Assembly: GCA_951406725.2 (NCBI GenBank) | Contig: OX597826.1 | Span: 53,568,001-53,632,000, forward strand | Length of the DNA stretch: 64,000 nucleotides | Source of the DNA: Octopus vulgaris | Taxonomy: Eukaryota | Reading direction: 5' to 3' | Shown: in pieces, positions 25,588 through 38,180 of the stretch | Layout: every line of letters starts with the position of its first letter | Position numbering within the stretch: the first letter of the stretch is position 1 | Translations under genes and position numbers: made by a program | Notes under the pieces: generated by a model | What the model was told of the DNA's origin: nothing | Database searches by the model: none | Seen by the model: only the letters and a program-made list of their open reading frames with translations

Positions 25588-26540
25588 GATTCATGAAATA
25601 TATTTTCCTTCCTCACAGTACTGACTATACTATACTAACAGATATGTGAAAAAGACAGAATCTAAAGAAAGTTGCAGTAGTTTATATCAACAAATATTAT
25701 ACAGCAAAGTTGAATGGCTTAGATAAATTGTATGTCATGGAGGGAAGAGGATTTTGATGTCTTGGGATAAATCCATTGTTTGAGAGAAAACAATAATATT
25801 CAAAAGTTGAAAAATGTCTTTTCTCTCACATGAAGTGTCAGTGCTGAAGCATCAGATTCCTGTTCTCCCATGGCATTTGAACTTATCCTCTAAACTCAAC
25901 TTGACAGGTGTATAGACATTTGCCAAATCATATTCGCAAATACAAAGTAATGTTCTCATATGGATTTGGGTTTCTCACTTACTATCATAGAATATATATA
26001 CATTAATATATTAGAGAAAAAAAGAGGAGAACTGTCCTTTTTTCCTCTAATATAATATATACCTGCTAACTCAGAAGCCTAATATGGATCCCTAGCTCCA
26101 GCCTCAGCCGTGAACTTGGGACCTAATGGATGACCAATTACAGCACTTACTCAGCATACCTATTCGTTTAGATCACCTGTGAACTAAACCCCTCATATTC
26201 TTCTATATATTAATGTGTGTGTGTGCATGCATGTACACACACGTATAAAGACAACCAATGAGAATATAAAAACAATAAACATACACATATGTAATATATA
26301 TAAAATGTGTAAGTTATCTAAGAGTCCATAATCCAGGAATGAGAGCGCTCATATATCTGTCATATATATATATATATATATATGTAAATATATGTATGTA
26401 CATACATATAGATAAGTCATTAAGAAACTTACATGTATAGTTAAATAAACATATATCTAGTATATTTGCTGAGCAAATAGTCCTCATGGCAAACCATAGC
26501 AATCTTTCTACAGAATGAACTTAGGAATTATTTGATTAAT

Positions 26541-26588
<48 letters not shown>

Positions 26589-27464
26589 ATATAAAACTAT
26601 ACATTTGTTTGACCTAAGGCCTAAAAAAGGAGAAACAGAACCATCTACTTGTACATGTATTAAGTGTGGAAACAATTTTAATTGATTCAAAGCAACAAGA
26701 CCATTAAACGTGACTTTGCATCTTCTCTAACTTTTAGAAACAGTCCTTATCTTGCTAACCTCTTTAACATTTTTTTCTCTATTCCCAGTTTTTGAAAACA
26801 TGTAACTGTGTGTATCATTTTCCTACACAAAGTGTATTATATGAATCTGATTCACACTATTAATAGAACAGATTAGCAGACTATTACAAACCTTGTACAC
26901 ACAACACAAAATACATAACACTGAACCAATAACCAGCATTAATAATAAGCCACAAGTACATTAAAAGTAAAAACTTTTTATCCATAGTGACCATGTACAT
27001 CCATGAATAAATTATTAATGGTCAATGTGACTTATAAACTCAATACTAAATAAGAAAACTGGTAAACTTCATGACTCCAACTGTTATATTAACCATAAAG
27101 GTACAACAATTTCCCACAGACTCACCATACACTTTACACCAAGGAGCAAGTAAAGGGTACTATATCAAACAAGACAAAATAATTTTGGATAGATAAACAT
27201 TTGTAGACAACACCTCCATACTATACAGAATTCTCCATAAGTAAAGGTAATTAATGATGGAAGCAATTAAAGGAACATATAAGCAACATACACTATCATA
27301 AACAAAACCTGATTGATGACTTATAAATCTAATGGTCGAAATTCAAATTCTAGTGATGTCTATACCAGTTATATTGGCCCTAACAACTATAATGAAGCTG
27401 CAACAAATGGCAACATCACTTCATTCTGAAGAGGAGAGCGTGATGATGGATTTAATAACCTTAC

Positions 27465-27476
27465 GCTGCAGACTAA
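27465..27476 (-). CDS. Candidate 12-nt alternative microexon of PDE2A (LVCS)
   Basis: ttttctcatttcttcttgctcctttcag|TTAGTCTGCAGC|gtaagg, in frame within a phase-0 intron. No homology support. Confidence 0.35.
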
Positions 27477-28086
27477 CTGAAAGGAGCAAGAAGAAATGAG
27501 AAAACTAGAACACAGTCGTGACCTAACTGTTACAGTCACAACTTTTCATTTGTGAAATATTTTGTCATCTCTTACCCACCCATTCATGTTTATTATCCTG
27601 CTTTTCACTTTTTTTCTTTTGACTATGGATGATAGACACTCACTCACTACCCAGCACACTCTCTTGCCTGGCAGAAACCACCTACCCTTACTTATTTCTG
27701 ATCCATTATTGTCTACCATAATGGTTTGATAATACATAATTTGTTCCACCAACTAAACTTTTCTTCTCTTTTGTATTTTCTGAGTATCTATTTTGACAAA
27801 GGTCAAATGGCTTGAAACCTCAATATCTTTTACTTTTCTTCATGGCATACTGGTCCCACTATGTTGCCTTTGTTAATTTTCTTTCATTGCTAATAATCTA
27901 CCTTACTTGGTTGGCAAAGACCAAACTGCATATTCCTCAAAAACTGGATTTCTCATGTTTGTCTTCTTTACTCTCACCATATGAAAAGTGAGTTATATTA
28001 GAAACAACTCTTTAATTCTATAAGCAAATACAAATACAACTACACTGTGAAAGCTTCATTTAATAACACACAAAACTGCTAAATTC

Positions 28087-28873
28087 ATTTCATTACACCT
28101 AGCTCAATTAATACTGATTAAAATTTAAAAAAAACAAATCATGAAATATTTGCTAAATTTATCATCTGATAACAAAATTTTCAATGTAGTCAACACCTGT
28201 TTGTGTGCACAATGGTTTTCCATCTGGATTTTACTACAGATCTGTCATTGCTATTATGACTATTATTATTAGTTCCACTATCAGCAATGGTTGTTGCTAA
28301 TACTATTGCTACTAATATTCTTGTCTATTAAGAATTTAGTTTCAGCACCAGTTTGGAGTTATCCTCAATCTGAAATCTTATGTTGAAACTAGAAGAATTA
28401 CATCATGGCTGAGTTATTTAATAATGTGTGAAACTGTTAAATTCACCATTATTGTACAGAAATTTTCAAGGCAGACGTATGACCTGGTCCCTAGAACTGT
28501 GTCTGTGAAATAAATTTAAAACGAATTTAACAGTTTCACATGCTATTAAATAGTTCATCCATTATGTAGTTGATTCAGTTTCAACATGTGATTTCAGATC
28601 GAGGAAAACTCTAAACTAGTTATGAAACATAAATTTTTAACAGACTTGAATATTAGTAGCAATACAAATAACAACAGTCATATGGATATTGGAACTAATA
28701 ATAATAGCAATGACAAATCAGTAGTAAAATTCGAATGGAAAACCACTGTGCACACAAACAGGTGTTGACTACGTTGAAAATTCTGATATCAGCTGATGAG
28801 GTATTTAGCAAATATTTCATGATTTATTTTAAAAATTTTAATCAGTATTAACAGAGCTAGGTGTAATGAAATG
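28087..28873. repeat. Long imperfect inverted repeat, arms ~28087-28446 and ~28523-28873
   Basis: catttcattacacctagctc ... gagctaggtgtaatgaaatg. Arms are collinear over ~350 bp, roughly 80% identical by eye. Confidence 0.93.
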
Positions 28874-29231
28874 CCTTGGAATCAATTAGCAAGCAACTTG
28901 CTTCTCCTAACACATTCATATCACCACTACTGCATATTTATATACATGAACACACATATAAACATAAAATGAGAATAATTAACATCCCTCATGCATGAGT
29001 GGAGCAATAAATGAAGTCAATTGCATGACCTTTCATGATTAGAAGTATCACTTAATGATTGATTACTCTTATGGACTTTAATGGGTGGAGCAAATGGGAG
29101 TTTATGACGTTTGAACCCACTTCAAAGATTTTTGTGATGTAAGTGAAATGGCACCAATCAGTAGTCAAACCAGAATCTCAGTCTCAGAGGAGGGCCACAT
29201 GTGTTACTCTATATGTGTATATGTGTCTACA

Positions 29232-29614
29232 GGAGGCGCAATGGCCCAGTGGTTAGGACAGCGGACTCGCGGTCGTAGGATCGCGGTTTCGATTCCCAGA
29301 CCAGGCGTTGTGAGTGTTTATTGAGCGAAAACACCTAAAGCTCCACGAGGCTCCGGCAGGGGATGGTGGTGATCCCTGTTGTACTCTTTCACCACAACTT
29401 TCCCTCACTCTTACTTCCTGTTTCTGTTGTACCTGTATTTCAAGGGGCCGGCCTTGTCACTCTCTGTGTCACGCTGAATATCCCCGAGAACTACGTTAAG
29501 GGTACACGTGTCTGTGGAATGCTCAGCCACTTACACGTTAATTTCACGAGCAGGCTGTTCCGTTGATCGGATCAACCGGAACCCTCATCGTCGTAACCGA
29601 CGGAGTGCTTCCAA
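29232..29614 (+). mobile_element. SINE-C head fused to the SINE-E-type tail
   Basis: tRNA-like head tggcccagtggttag...ggtttcgattcc. 3' half matches 30777-30955. 15-bp TSD atatgtgtctacagg. Confidence 0.9.
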
Positions 29615-29917
29615 ATATGTGTCTACAGGTGTACTACATGTATATGTATAGAACTGTTGTGTCTTCTTGCTGTTCCACCTGTGCTGGAAATTCTGTCTAA
29701 AAGTAATGGTCAAACTTTAAAACTTGTCAATCTTAGGATCACCACTGATATGTCCAGCACAGTTAGAAAATTCCTTTCCGTCAGCATTTTCCCAATCATC
29801 AGGCCATTTTATCCACCCAGTGTTTCAGCCCCATTAATCGTGGTTTCAGCTACAATCTGTGTTAATTTTACTCTTCTTCCTTTCTAAGTTACCGTTAAAT
29901 ATGAATCTACATACAGA

Positions 29918-30378
29918 TAGGCATAGGTGTGGCTGTACAGTAAGAAGTTGGCTTCTCAAGCACATGGTTCTGGGTTCAGCCCCACTGTATGGCTCATTGG
30001 GAAAGTGTCTTCTACTATAGCCTAGGGCCAACCAAAGCCTAGTGAGTGGAGCTGGTAGACAGAAACTGAAAGATGCTTGTCATATACATATATATATTTA
30101 TATAAATGTATTGCCATCATTATCATGTGTGTGTGTGTTTGTGTTTATGTTTGTTCTCCATCATTGCTTGACAACTGGTGTTGGAGTGTTTATGTTCCCT
30201 GTAGCTTAGCAGTTCAGCAAAAAACAAAAACAAAAACAAAAAAAATAATAAACTGATGGAATAAGCACCAGGCTTTAAAAACAAATAAGTACTAGTGTCG
30301 ATTCATTCGACAAGACATTCTTCAAGGTGGTGCCCCAGCATGGCCATAGTCCAATGACAAAGAAGTAAAAGATAAAAA
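29918..30378 (+). mobile_element. SINE-A, diverged
   Basis: Collinear with SINE-A. Confidence 0.8.
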
Positions 30379-30634
30379 GTCATAAATTTACAAAAAGAAA
30401 TCCAGTGCAAACAATTATATATTACAAATCCAAACTAATTTCAACAAGATTATAATCAATAAAAAAAGAGGGGGTTTGTCAATTACATTGACCCCAGTAC
30501 TCAACTGGTACTTATTTAAGGCTTGCCACCTTCAATAATAATAATAATATATGTTAATTATGATCAAATGTTTTCTCTGATATTGAAATAAACTTCAGCC
30601 AAATATCTTTTACTACTTTATTAAGGAATGGTGT

Positions 30635-30960
30635 GTGAAGGCATGTGGCTTAGTGGTTAGGGTATTTGGCTCATGATCATAAGGCTGTGAGTTCAATTCC
30701 TGGCAACATATTGTGTCCTTGAGCAAGACACCTTATTTTACATTGCTCCAGTCCACTCAGCTGGCAAAAATGAGTTGTACCTGTATTTCAAAAGGCCGGC
30801 CTTGTCACACTCTGTGTTACGCTGAATTGCTCTGAGAATTATGTTAAGGGTATGCATGTCTGTGGAGCGCTCTGCCACTTGTATGTTAATTTAATGAGCA
30901 GGCAGTTCTGTTAATTGGATCAACTGGAGCCCTCATTGTTGTAACCAACAGAGCATCAGT
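30635..30960 (+). mobile_element. SINE-E: tRNA head plus tgtgtccttgagcaagacac central block
   Basis: A and B boxes present. TSD ttaaggaaYggtgt. Confidence 0.88.
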
Positions 30961-31446
30961 TTAAGGAACGGTGTAATAACTAATCTTGAAACAGCAGAGT
31001 TAAAGGATGCAAGAGTCAATAGCAGGGTGGAGTTCCAAAGTTAATATTTATCTACCAATCCCAACATTAATTTTGCATGAACCAAAATTGCACTCATCAC
31101 TTTTTAGGCCATTAACATAATCTATTTCTGAATTATACAATTGAATAGCAACAACAAAACCTACTTATGCAATAGATGTGGCATTCAGTATGTTCAATTA
31201 AATAACTATAGATTCCTTCGTCTTATTCATTATGTCTTGGGTAAGAAAAACAAAAATGCTTAATAAAACATAGGCTGGGAATATGTGGAGTCTATATATA
31301 TATATATATATATATGTTCATTTAAGTAAGATAAACAAAGGTTACACACACAGAGTATGGTTTTGGTCAGACCAGCCTTTCTGTAGATAGCTTATTATGT
31401 ATATTAACAGAAAGAAAGAAGAGACTGTGTGAGTGTGTGTGTATAT

Positions 31447-31515
<69 letters not shown>

Positions 31516-32333
31516 TAAAACCCATGCCAGCATGACAAAGTGTGATAACGATGATGATAATGATGATATATAAAGTAGGGTATGTCAACATATATATTGC
31601 GTTTAGGCCCGCAATTTAGTACAGATGATGGACATGTATAATAGACTGTATGAAGAAGTATCCTGAGTGTGCGTGTGTGTATGTATGTGTGTGTGTATGA
31701 GAGAGAGAGAATGATTGAGAGAAGGAAGAGAGGTTACAAGAATGAGAGAAACTGGAACTTGGGAATGTAAATTGCAAGTCGTGTTGTTATTCCAAAGAGC
31801 AATGATTAAAACAGTACACAAAGAGTTTATATGACAGAATAGATACCATGCCACTAGTCTAGAAAGCAGACAAGAAAGTCTTCTGCAATAACACCATGCC
31901 CTAATACAAGTGTAAACAGAACAAGAAAGTTAAATTAACACAGCAAGCTAAAATTCAAATAGCTACAATGTATTCTGGAAATTATATCGGACAATCATTT
32001 CAATTAAAACGAATTAGAAATACAAACAGCTTCACAGATAGAAGACAGTTGGTCAACAAAAGTGATGAAGTATATACCTATATTATATATTTGCTTATAT
32101 GAGTTTATAGTGATGTCTATTTGCAAACTGTTTCTTAATTTTGGATATGTTGTTGGCATGTTTTGAATGTGGTTGTGTGTGCTTAAGATGTTTGATTCAT
32201 AAACATGTGGTTTTCGGTTCGAATCCACTGCATAACACCTTGAGCAAGTGCCTTCTATTATAGTTTGACCAATGTTTTATGCAGGAATTTGATAGACAGA
32301 AACTGCAAGAAGCCCATCATATATATATATATA

Positions 32334-32514
32334 GATCGTTAGCTCCTACACGCATTTGTTTCTCTCCTTGTTTTTTTCTGTGTATCTTTCTGTCGAAGAG
32401 CGTAGGCTCGAAATGTAAAAGACTTTTTCTATTCCAGAGCGCTATACTAATACATTTGTTTGTTTGTACTCCACCTGCCTTCGCCTTTTGTTTATTTTCG
32501 TAAACTTTCCCTTT
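32334..32514 (+). mobile_element. ~185-bp Penelope-like terminal-repeat unit in a (TA)n tract, copy 1
   Basis: Same ends as 34481-34666; contains a hammerhead-like core. Confidence 0.65.
32385..32422 (+). ncRNA. Minimal type-I hammerhead-like motif, decayed copy
   Basis: TCTTT-CTGTCGA-A-GAGC-gtag-GCTC-GAA-ATGT-A-AAAGA. Confidence 0.45.
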
Positions 32515-33138
32515 ATATATATATATATATACATATAAAACTACAATGTACATTTAAACACATAACTCCAAACCACTACTATACTCCTTCTAGCAGGTCA
32601 GATGTCCTGTTATGGTCATCTCTTATGTGTTTAAATGTGCACTGTATTTTTATATGAATAATATATAGTCTATTGATTAGTTTTTTCTTCACACTAGACC
32701 ACTGGTAGCAAAGAAATTTTCTAAATGTTTTTTGCTACCCTGGAATTTATTAATAATATATATATATATATAGTCTCATCTTATCTGGTGTTAGGGAGGG
32801 CCTCTAGCCATAAAAGCCATACCAAATCAAACTGGAACTTGGTGCAGCTCTCCATCTCAACAGTTTCAGTTAAACTGTCAAACCCATGCCAGCATGGAAA
32901 GCAGATGCTAAATGATGATGATGATGTATTTAAGAACTGAAGTTGCTGAAGCTGAGAGTGTCTTGCAACTTGAGTTTCAGACCATTGTGATCCTGCAGGC
33001 TACATATGTTTCACAGCTAGCAGAACCTTGGCAGTAGTAATTATCCAAATGAGGGGTAGACCGCAAGCTACACTCCAGGCCAAGGACACCTTGATTATAT
33101 GAAGTTTACATTCTTGTGAAATAAGATACATATATATA

Positions 33139-33540
33139 TAGGCGCAGGAGTGGCTGTGTGGTAAGTAGCTTGTTTACCAACCATATGGTTCCGGGTTCAG
33201 TCCCACTGCGTGGCACCTTGGGCAAGTGTCTTCTACTATAGCCTCGGGCCGACCAAAGCCTTGTGAGTGGATTTGGTAGACGGAAACTGAAAGAAGCCCA
33301 TCGTATATATATGTATGTGCGTGTATGTTTGTGTGTCTGTGTTTGTCCCCCTAGCATTGCTTGACAACCGATGCTAGTGTGTTTACGTCGCCGTCACTTA
33401 GCGGTTTGGCAAAAGAAACCAATAGAATAAGTACTGGGCTAACAAAGAATAAGTCCCGGGATCGATTTGCTCGACTAAAGGCGGTGCTCCAGCATGGCCG
33501 CAGTCAAATGACTGAAACAAGTAAAAGAGTAAAAAAGAGA
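33139..33540 (+). mobile_element. SINE-A, full length
   Basis: Near-consensus copy. Confidence 0.92.
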
Positions 33541-33545
33541 GTATA

Positions 33546-33742
33546 CCGTGAAGTATAATTGCCACCTAAATGTAGCGGACCTATAGGGGACAATGCTACT
33601 GTTGTTTGTAGGTCCAAGAAGACATCTCCTCCGGCTGGCTAATGACACAATGTCTGAAGGAGATATCTTCTTGGGATTATAAACAACAGTAGCATCATCC
33701 CCTATGGGTCTGCCACATTTAGGTGGCAAATATACTTCACGA
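33546..33742. mobile_element. Palindromic (fold-back) MITE-like element
   Basis: ~85-bp arms cgtgaagtataattgccacctaaatg / catttaggtggcaaatatacttcacg with a ~25-bp spacer; preceded by TA. Confidence 0.75.
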
Positions 33743-34480
33743 TTCCATGCTGTTACTGCTTCCTTCTCGTTCAGAGATTTATTATTGCAATATGTGTGTG
33801 TGTGTTTGTGTGTGTGTGTATATGAAATTAAGAGATACTTGAAAATATAATACATAAATAGAGGATATATTATGCATATAATTCAATGTGTAGCTTAATT
33901 CTATTTTCAAGTGCCTCTTAATTTGAGCTAAGTTTATCATAATATTATTGTTCTAAACCTGATAAATTTTTTTCATTTATGCTGAGCTCTCCTAATTGTT
34001 TTACACAAAAGAAATATTTTCATTATAATTGCAAAGTAGCTATTCCTATACTATAATTATCATAACAATCAATTTCTGAGAGTAGGTTTTAAATTATGTT
34101 TTTATTTTTAATTTCAATGGTTGAAGCACTTTAAAATTCTATAATAGTAAGAACGCACTTGTGACCTAGATATTTCTGAAATAGGTATAAGCATGGGTGT
34201 GTGGTTAAGAAGTTTACTTCCCAATCACAAGATTTTGGTTTCAGTCTCATTGCATGCTACCTTGAGCAAGTATCTTCTACTGATGCCCTGTGTTAACCAA
34301 ATCCTTGTGAATGGATTTCATAGATGAAAACTGAAAGAAAATTGTTGTCATTGCCGCCATCGTTGTTGTCATCATCATTTAACATCCATTTTCTATTCTG
34401 TCATGGGTCAGATAGTTTGACAGGAGTTGGCCAGACTCCAAATTATCTAATGTGGCATGGTTTCTACAACTAGATGCCAG

Positions 34481-34664
34481 GACCATTAGCTCCTACACGC
34501 ATTTTTCTCTCCTTGTTTCTTTTCTGTGTATCTTTCTGTCGAAGAGCGTAGGCTCGAAACGTAAAAGACTTGTTCTATTTCTATTCCTGAGCGCCATACT
34601 AATACATTTGTTTGTTTGTACTCCACCTGCCTTCATCTTTTGTTTATTTTCGTAAACCTTCCCG

Positions 34665-34666
<2 letters not shown>
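34481..34666 (+). mobile_element. ~185-bp Penelope-like terminal-repeat unit, copy 2
   Basis: Near-identical to 32334-32514; followed by a long (TA)n tract. Confidence 0.65.
34531..34568 (+). ncRNA. Minimal type-I hammerhead-like motif
   Basis: Stem I TCTTT/AAAGA, core CTGTCGA (A6 variant), stem II GAGC-gtag-GCTC, GAAA, palindromic ACGT stem III, GTA triplet. Confidence 0.55.
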
Positions 34667-34758
<92 letters not shown>

Positions 34759-36023
34759 ATACACACACATATATATATACATACATTTATACATATATAC
34801 ATTTATATATATATATATCTATATCTATCTATCTATCTATATATATGTATGTATATGTTTGCAGTTCCTTATTTCATGTTGCATGGTTGTTGCAAATGAA
34901 TGCCATTAATTTCCAGTATTCTGTGAAAATACATTTTAGTCATGGGGAAATATTATCTTGCTTAAGAACATGTAAAGGTTGGCAACAGGAAGGGTATCCA
35001 GCCATAGAAAATCTTCCTGAATAAACTCTCTCTAAATGGTACAAGCACGGAAAAGTAGATGTTAAACAAGGAATAAGTTGATATTTCAGAAAATATTGTG
35101 TAGCATGATTTTATTTTTAAGTATTTCTCTGCTTTAACGATGGTTACGTATCATATTGCTCTAAACCTGTTTTGTTTTGCACTTTTACTAAGTTTTCTTG
35201 TGAATTACTTTGTGTAAAAATAATATTTTCATTATAATTGTGAAGAATTCATTCCAACACCTACCTACCTACCTTCTACCTATGTTCATATGTGTGATCA
35301 TAAGTGCATATGTACCTATCTACCTACCAATCTAACTACCTACATAAATACATACTATGAACATATTAAATGTCTGCAAAGTTTGTGAAAAATATATAAC
35401 GTAATATTTACATAGCAAAGTAAAACTATTAAAGGTTGGAGATAACAGTATCAAAGAAATGGCAATGGTAAAACATATTTAAAGACAAAACAACTAGAAA
35501 ATGTGTATTTTCAGTTTGAAGAAACATCAGGAAACTAAAATAAAATGGAAATTGGAACAAAATTTGGAAATTTATCGACATTATTAGCCTGAGAGATCAG
35601 AGACATCTTTAGTATTGATAATTAATATAAATAATGTTTGTGAATTAGTGCTTGTGTGACGATGTTGACATTTACAGTTTATTTATATTTACCTATATTT
35701 GATCATCTTCGAAATAGTATCATATTTTACACTGAAATTTCAAATGGTAAAAATAACAGACATTTTGAAACCTATTATGTATCATACCTTTATTTATTAT
35801 TCCTGCTTCTATGTAGAGATATAGTAAAACTGAGGTAGAATAGTTATATGGTTAATGGTGTAAGAAAAGAGAATATTTAGTTGTGAGTTCAAATTTAAGC
35901 AAGAGCACAATGAAAAAGGTTTCAATGCAAAATATCAGCTCAAATATTACATTGCTAGCTCCAATTTTCTTAGTTGACAAACATATCCCATCTACAATAT
36001 TATTTCTAAAAATATTTGAAGGA

Positions 36024-36450
36024 TAGGCGCAGGAGTGGCTGTGTGGTAAGTAGCTTGCTAACCAACCACATGGTTTCTGGGTTCAGTCCCACTACGTGGC
36101 ATCTTGGCAAGTGTCTTCTGCTATAGCCCCGGGCCGACCAATGCCTTGTGAGTGGACTTGGTAGACGGAAACTGAAAGAGGCCTGTCGTATATATGTATA
36201 TATATGTATATGTATGTGTATGTGTGTCTGTGTTTGTCCCCCTAGCATTGTTTGACAACCGATGCTGGTGTGTTTACGTCCCATCACTTAGCGGTTCGGC
36301 AAAAGAGGCCGATAGAATAAGTACTGGGCTTATAAAGAATAAGTTCCAGGGTTGATTTGCTCGACTAAAGGCGGTGCTCCAGCATAGCCGCAGTCAAATG
36401 ACTGAAACATGTAAAAGAGTAAAAGAGAGAGAAAGTAAAGAGAGAAAGAT
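36024..36450 (+). mobile_element. SINE-A, full length
   Basis: Near-consensus copy. Confidence 0.92.
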
Positions 36451-36782
36451 ATTGAACTTTAGTGAAAAAACAAATACTTAAGTAATATACAAATACCTAA
36501 CTTAAAACTAAATGTCCTAGTACTACTAACATAGCAGAATGGATCTCAAACTATAAAAGAGTAAAAAATAATGTGAAATAAGATGTACTAGAGAACTTGG
36601 TTGCCAAAGTGTTCACCTTAAAATAAGACAGCAACAACTCAGCAACTCAATCCAGATAATTGCAGAACAGCTGGCATAGAGAAGCTGATAAAAAGCTGAG
36701 CGAAATAATCTTATAGTTGTTAAGGACCAGTCAGAATGATGTGAAATCATTGATGTTTTATTTCCTAATTGGAAAGATGAGG

Positions 36783-36823
<41 letters not shown>

Positions 36824-36836
36824 TCAATAATAATAA

Positions 36837-36990
36837 GGGTGGAGCACTTGCAGAAAACAGCACTGCTTGGAACCACTCGAATACTACAGAAGGTACTTGA
36901 AAAATAAGAGGTATTACCTTAGTTCACTGGTAGTGAACAGCTGACACCGTAGTATATCTCTAGCATTAGAAGCTGTGCAAAGGCAATGAT
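36837..36990 (+). mobile_element. R4/Dong-like LINE extreme 3' end within (TAA)n
   Basis: VEHLQKTALLGTTRILQKVLEK* plus 3' UTR, flanked by (TAA)n. Confidence 0.7.
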
Positions 36991-37038
36991 GATGATAATA
37001 ATAATAATAATAACAACAAAAATATTAATAATAATAAA

Positions 37039-38180
37039 ATGGTAGCACATGATCAAAGCTTGTTGTTGTTTGTTCCTTTTCGAGCCATGCTTGACTCATA
37101 AGGGTCGGTTTCCTGGTTTCATTGGCATATAGGTTCCCTACTTGGACAGGATGCCAATCTGTCGCAGGTGAGCTGCAAGATGCAGGAGCAAAGAGTAAGA
37201 GAAAGTTGTGGCAAAAGAGTTAGCAGAAGTTCGCCATTACCTTCTACCGGAGCTGCGTGTAGCTTACATGTTTCACTCATAAACACACACATCGCCTGGT
37301 CTGAGATTTGAACCCATGATCCCTCGATTGCGAGTCTGCTGCTCTAACCACTAGGTCATGCGTCTCCACTAAGATCAAAGCTTGCTTACCAGAAATTACC
37401 AGGCTAACAAACAGTTCTGACCCTAAATGCAGATTCTGTGACACATTTGACGAAACAATAGATCATCTCATTTCGGGATGTCCTGTGTTAACACCAAACA
37501 GATACAAAAATCACCATGATAGAGTAGGACAGTATTTAGATTGGAAAATATGCAAACACTACAAAATTGGCATTCTTGCTTACTGGTACAAACATCATCT
37601 TAAGTCAGTCATTGAAGATAAAAATGTCACTACCCTCTGGGATTTTCCAGTTAACACCAACAAGACAATCCAGGCTAATTGACCAGACACAGTTATTAAA
37701 GACAGGGAAGAAAATACTTGTAGACTAATAGATGTAAGTGTTTTTACTAATAGAAATATATCTGTAAAGGAATTTGACAAATTAAGTAAATATAAGGACC
37801 TGGAAAACTGAAATATAAAAGATGTAGTGTCTTAACACAAAAACTGTTCCTGTTATTGTAGGTATTCTAGGTATGAGAAAAAAGGTATATCAGAGACATC
37901 TAAACATCCCAGGAGAACGATGCCTAAGAGAAATCCAAAAGATTGTGCTGACATGTACTGCCCACACCCTTAGAAAAACCTTATCAATTTAAATGTCTGT
38001 GTTGTATTACATGGAGCTATTTTGCTACTGCCACTGTCACTTTACCTCCCCAAGCTTTCAGTTATACTTTACCACCTCTTATCCTTCACTTGCCCTAGGA
38101 TGCTGGGTGTGTCTCGGCAAGTGATTGTAACAAACAAGCAGATTAGAAGCAAAAACAACAGCAACAACAATAATAATAAT
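37039..38180 (+). mobile_element. R4/Dong-like (REL-endonuclease) LINE 3' fragment, pseudogenised
   Basis: DQSLLTRNY, CCHC knuckle CRFCDTFDETIDHLISGC, YKNHHD, LWDF, AN*PD, LIDV, KLSKYKDL, VPVIVGILG, IQKIVL. Stops and frameshifts present; (CAA/TAA)n tail. Confidence 0.88.
37063..37370 (-). mobile_element. SINE-C2 nested in the LINE fragment
   Basis: 12-bp TSD gatcaaagcttg at 37051-37062 and 37373-37384. Confidence 0.9.

Noticed and set aside
27907-27981. ATG-initiated segment ending at a gtaagg donor (possible alternative first exon)
   Set aside because: It ends in phase 2, incompatible with the next phase-0 exons.
29232-29306. tRNA-like sequences with A and B boxes
   Set aside because: These are SINE heads followed by SINE bodies and TSDs, with no intact cloverleaf.
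36617-36684. Open minus-strand segment LLYASCSAIIWIELLSCCCLILR with AG/GT ends
   Set aside because: No similarity to PDE2A, weak donor and frameshifting length.
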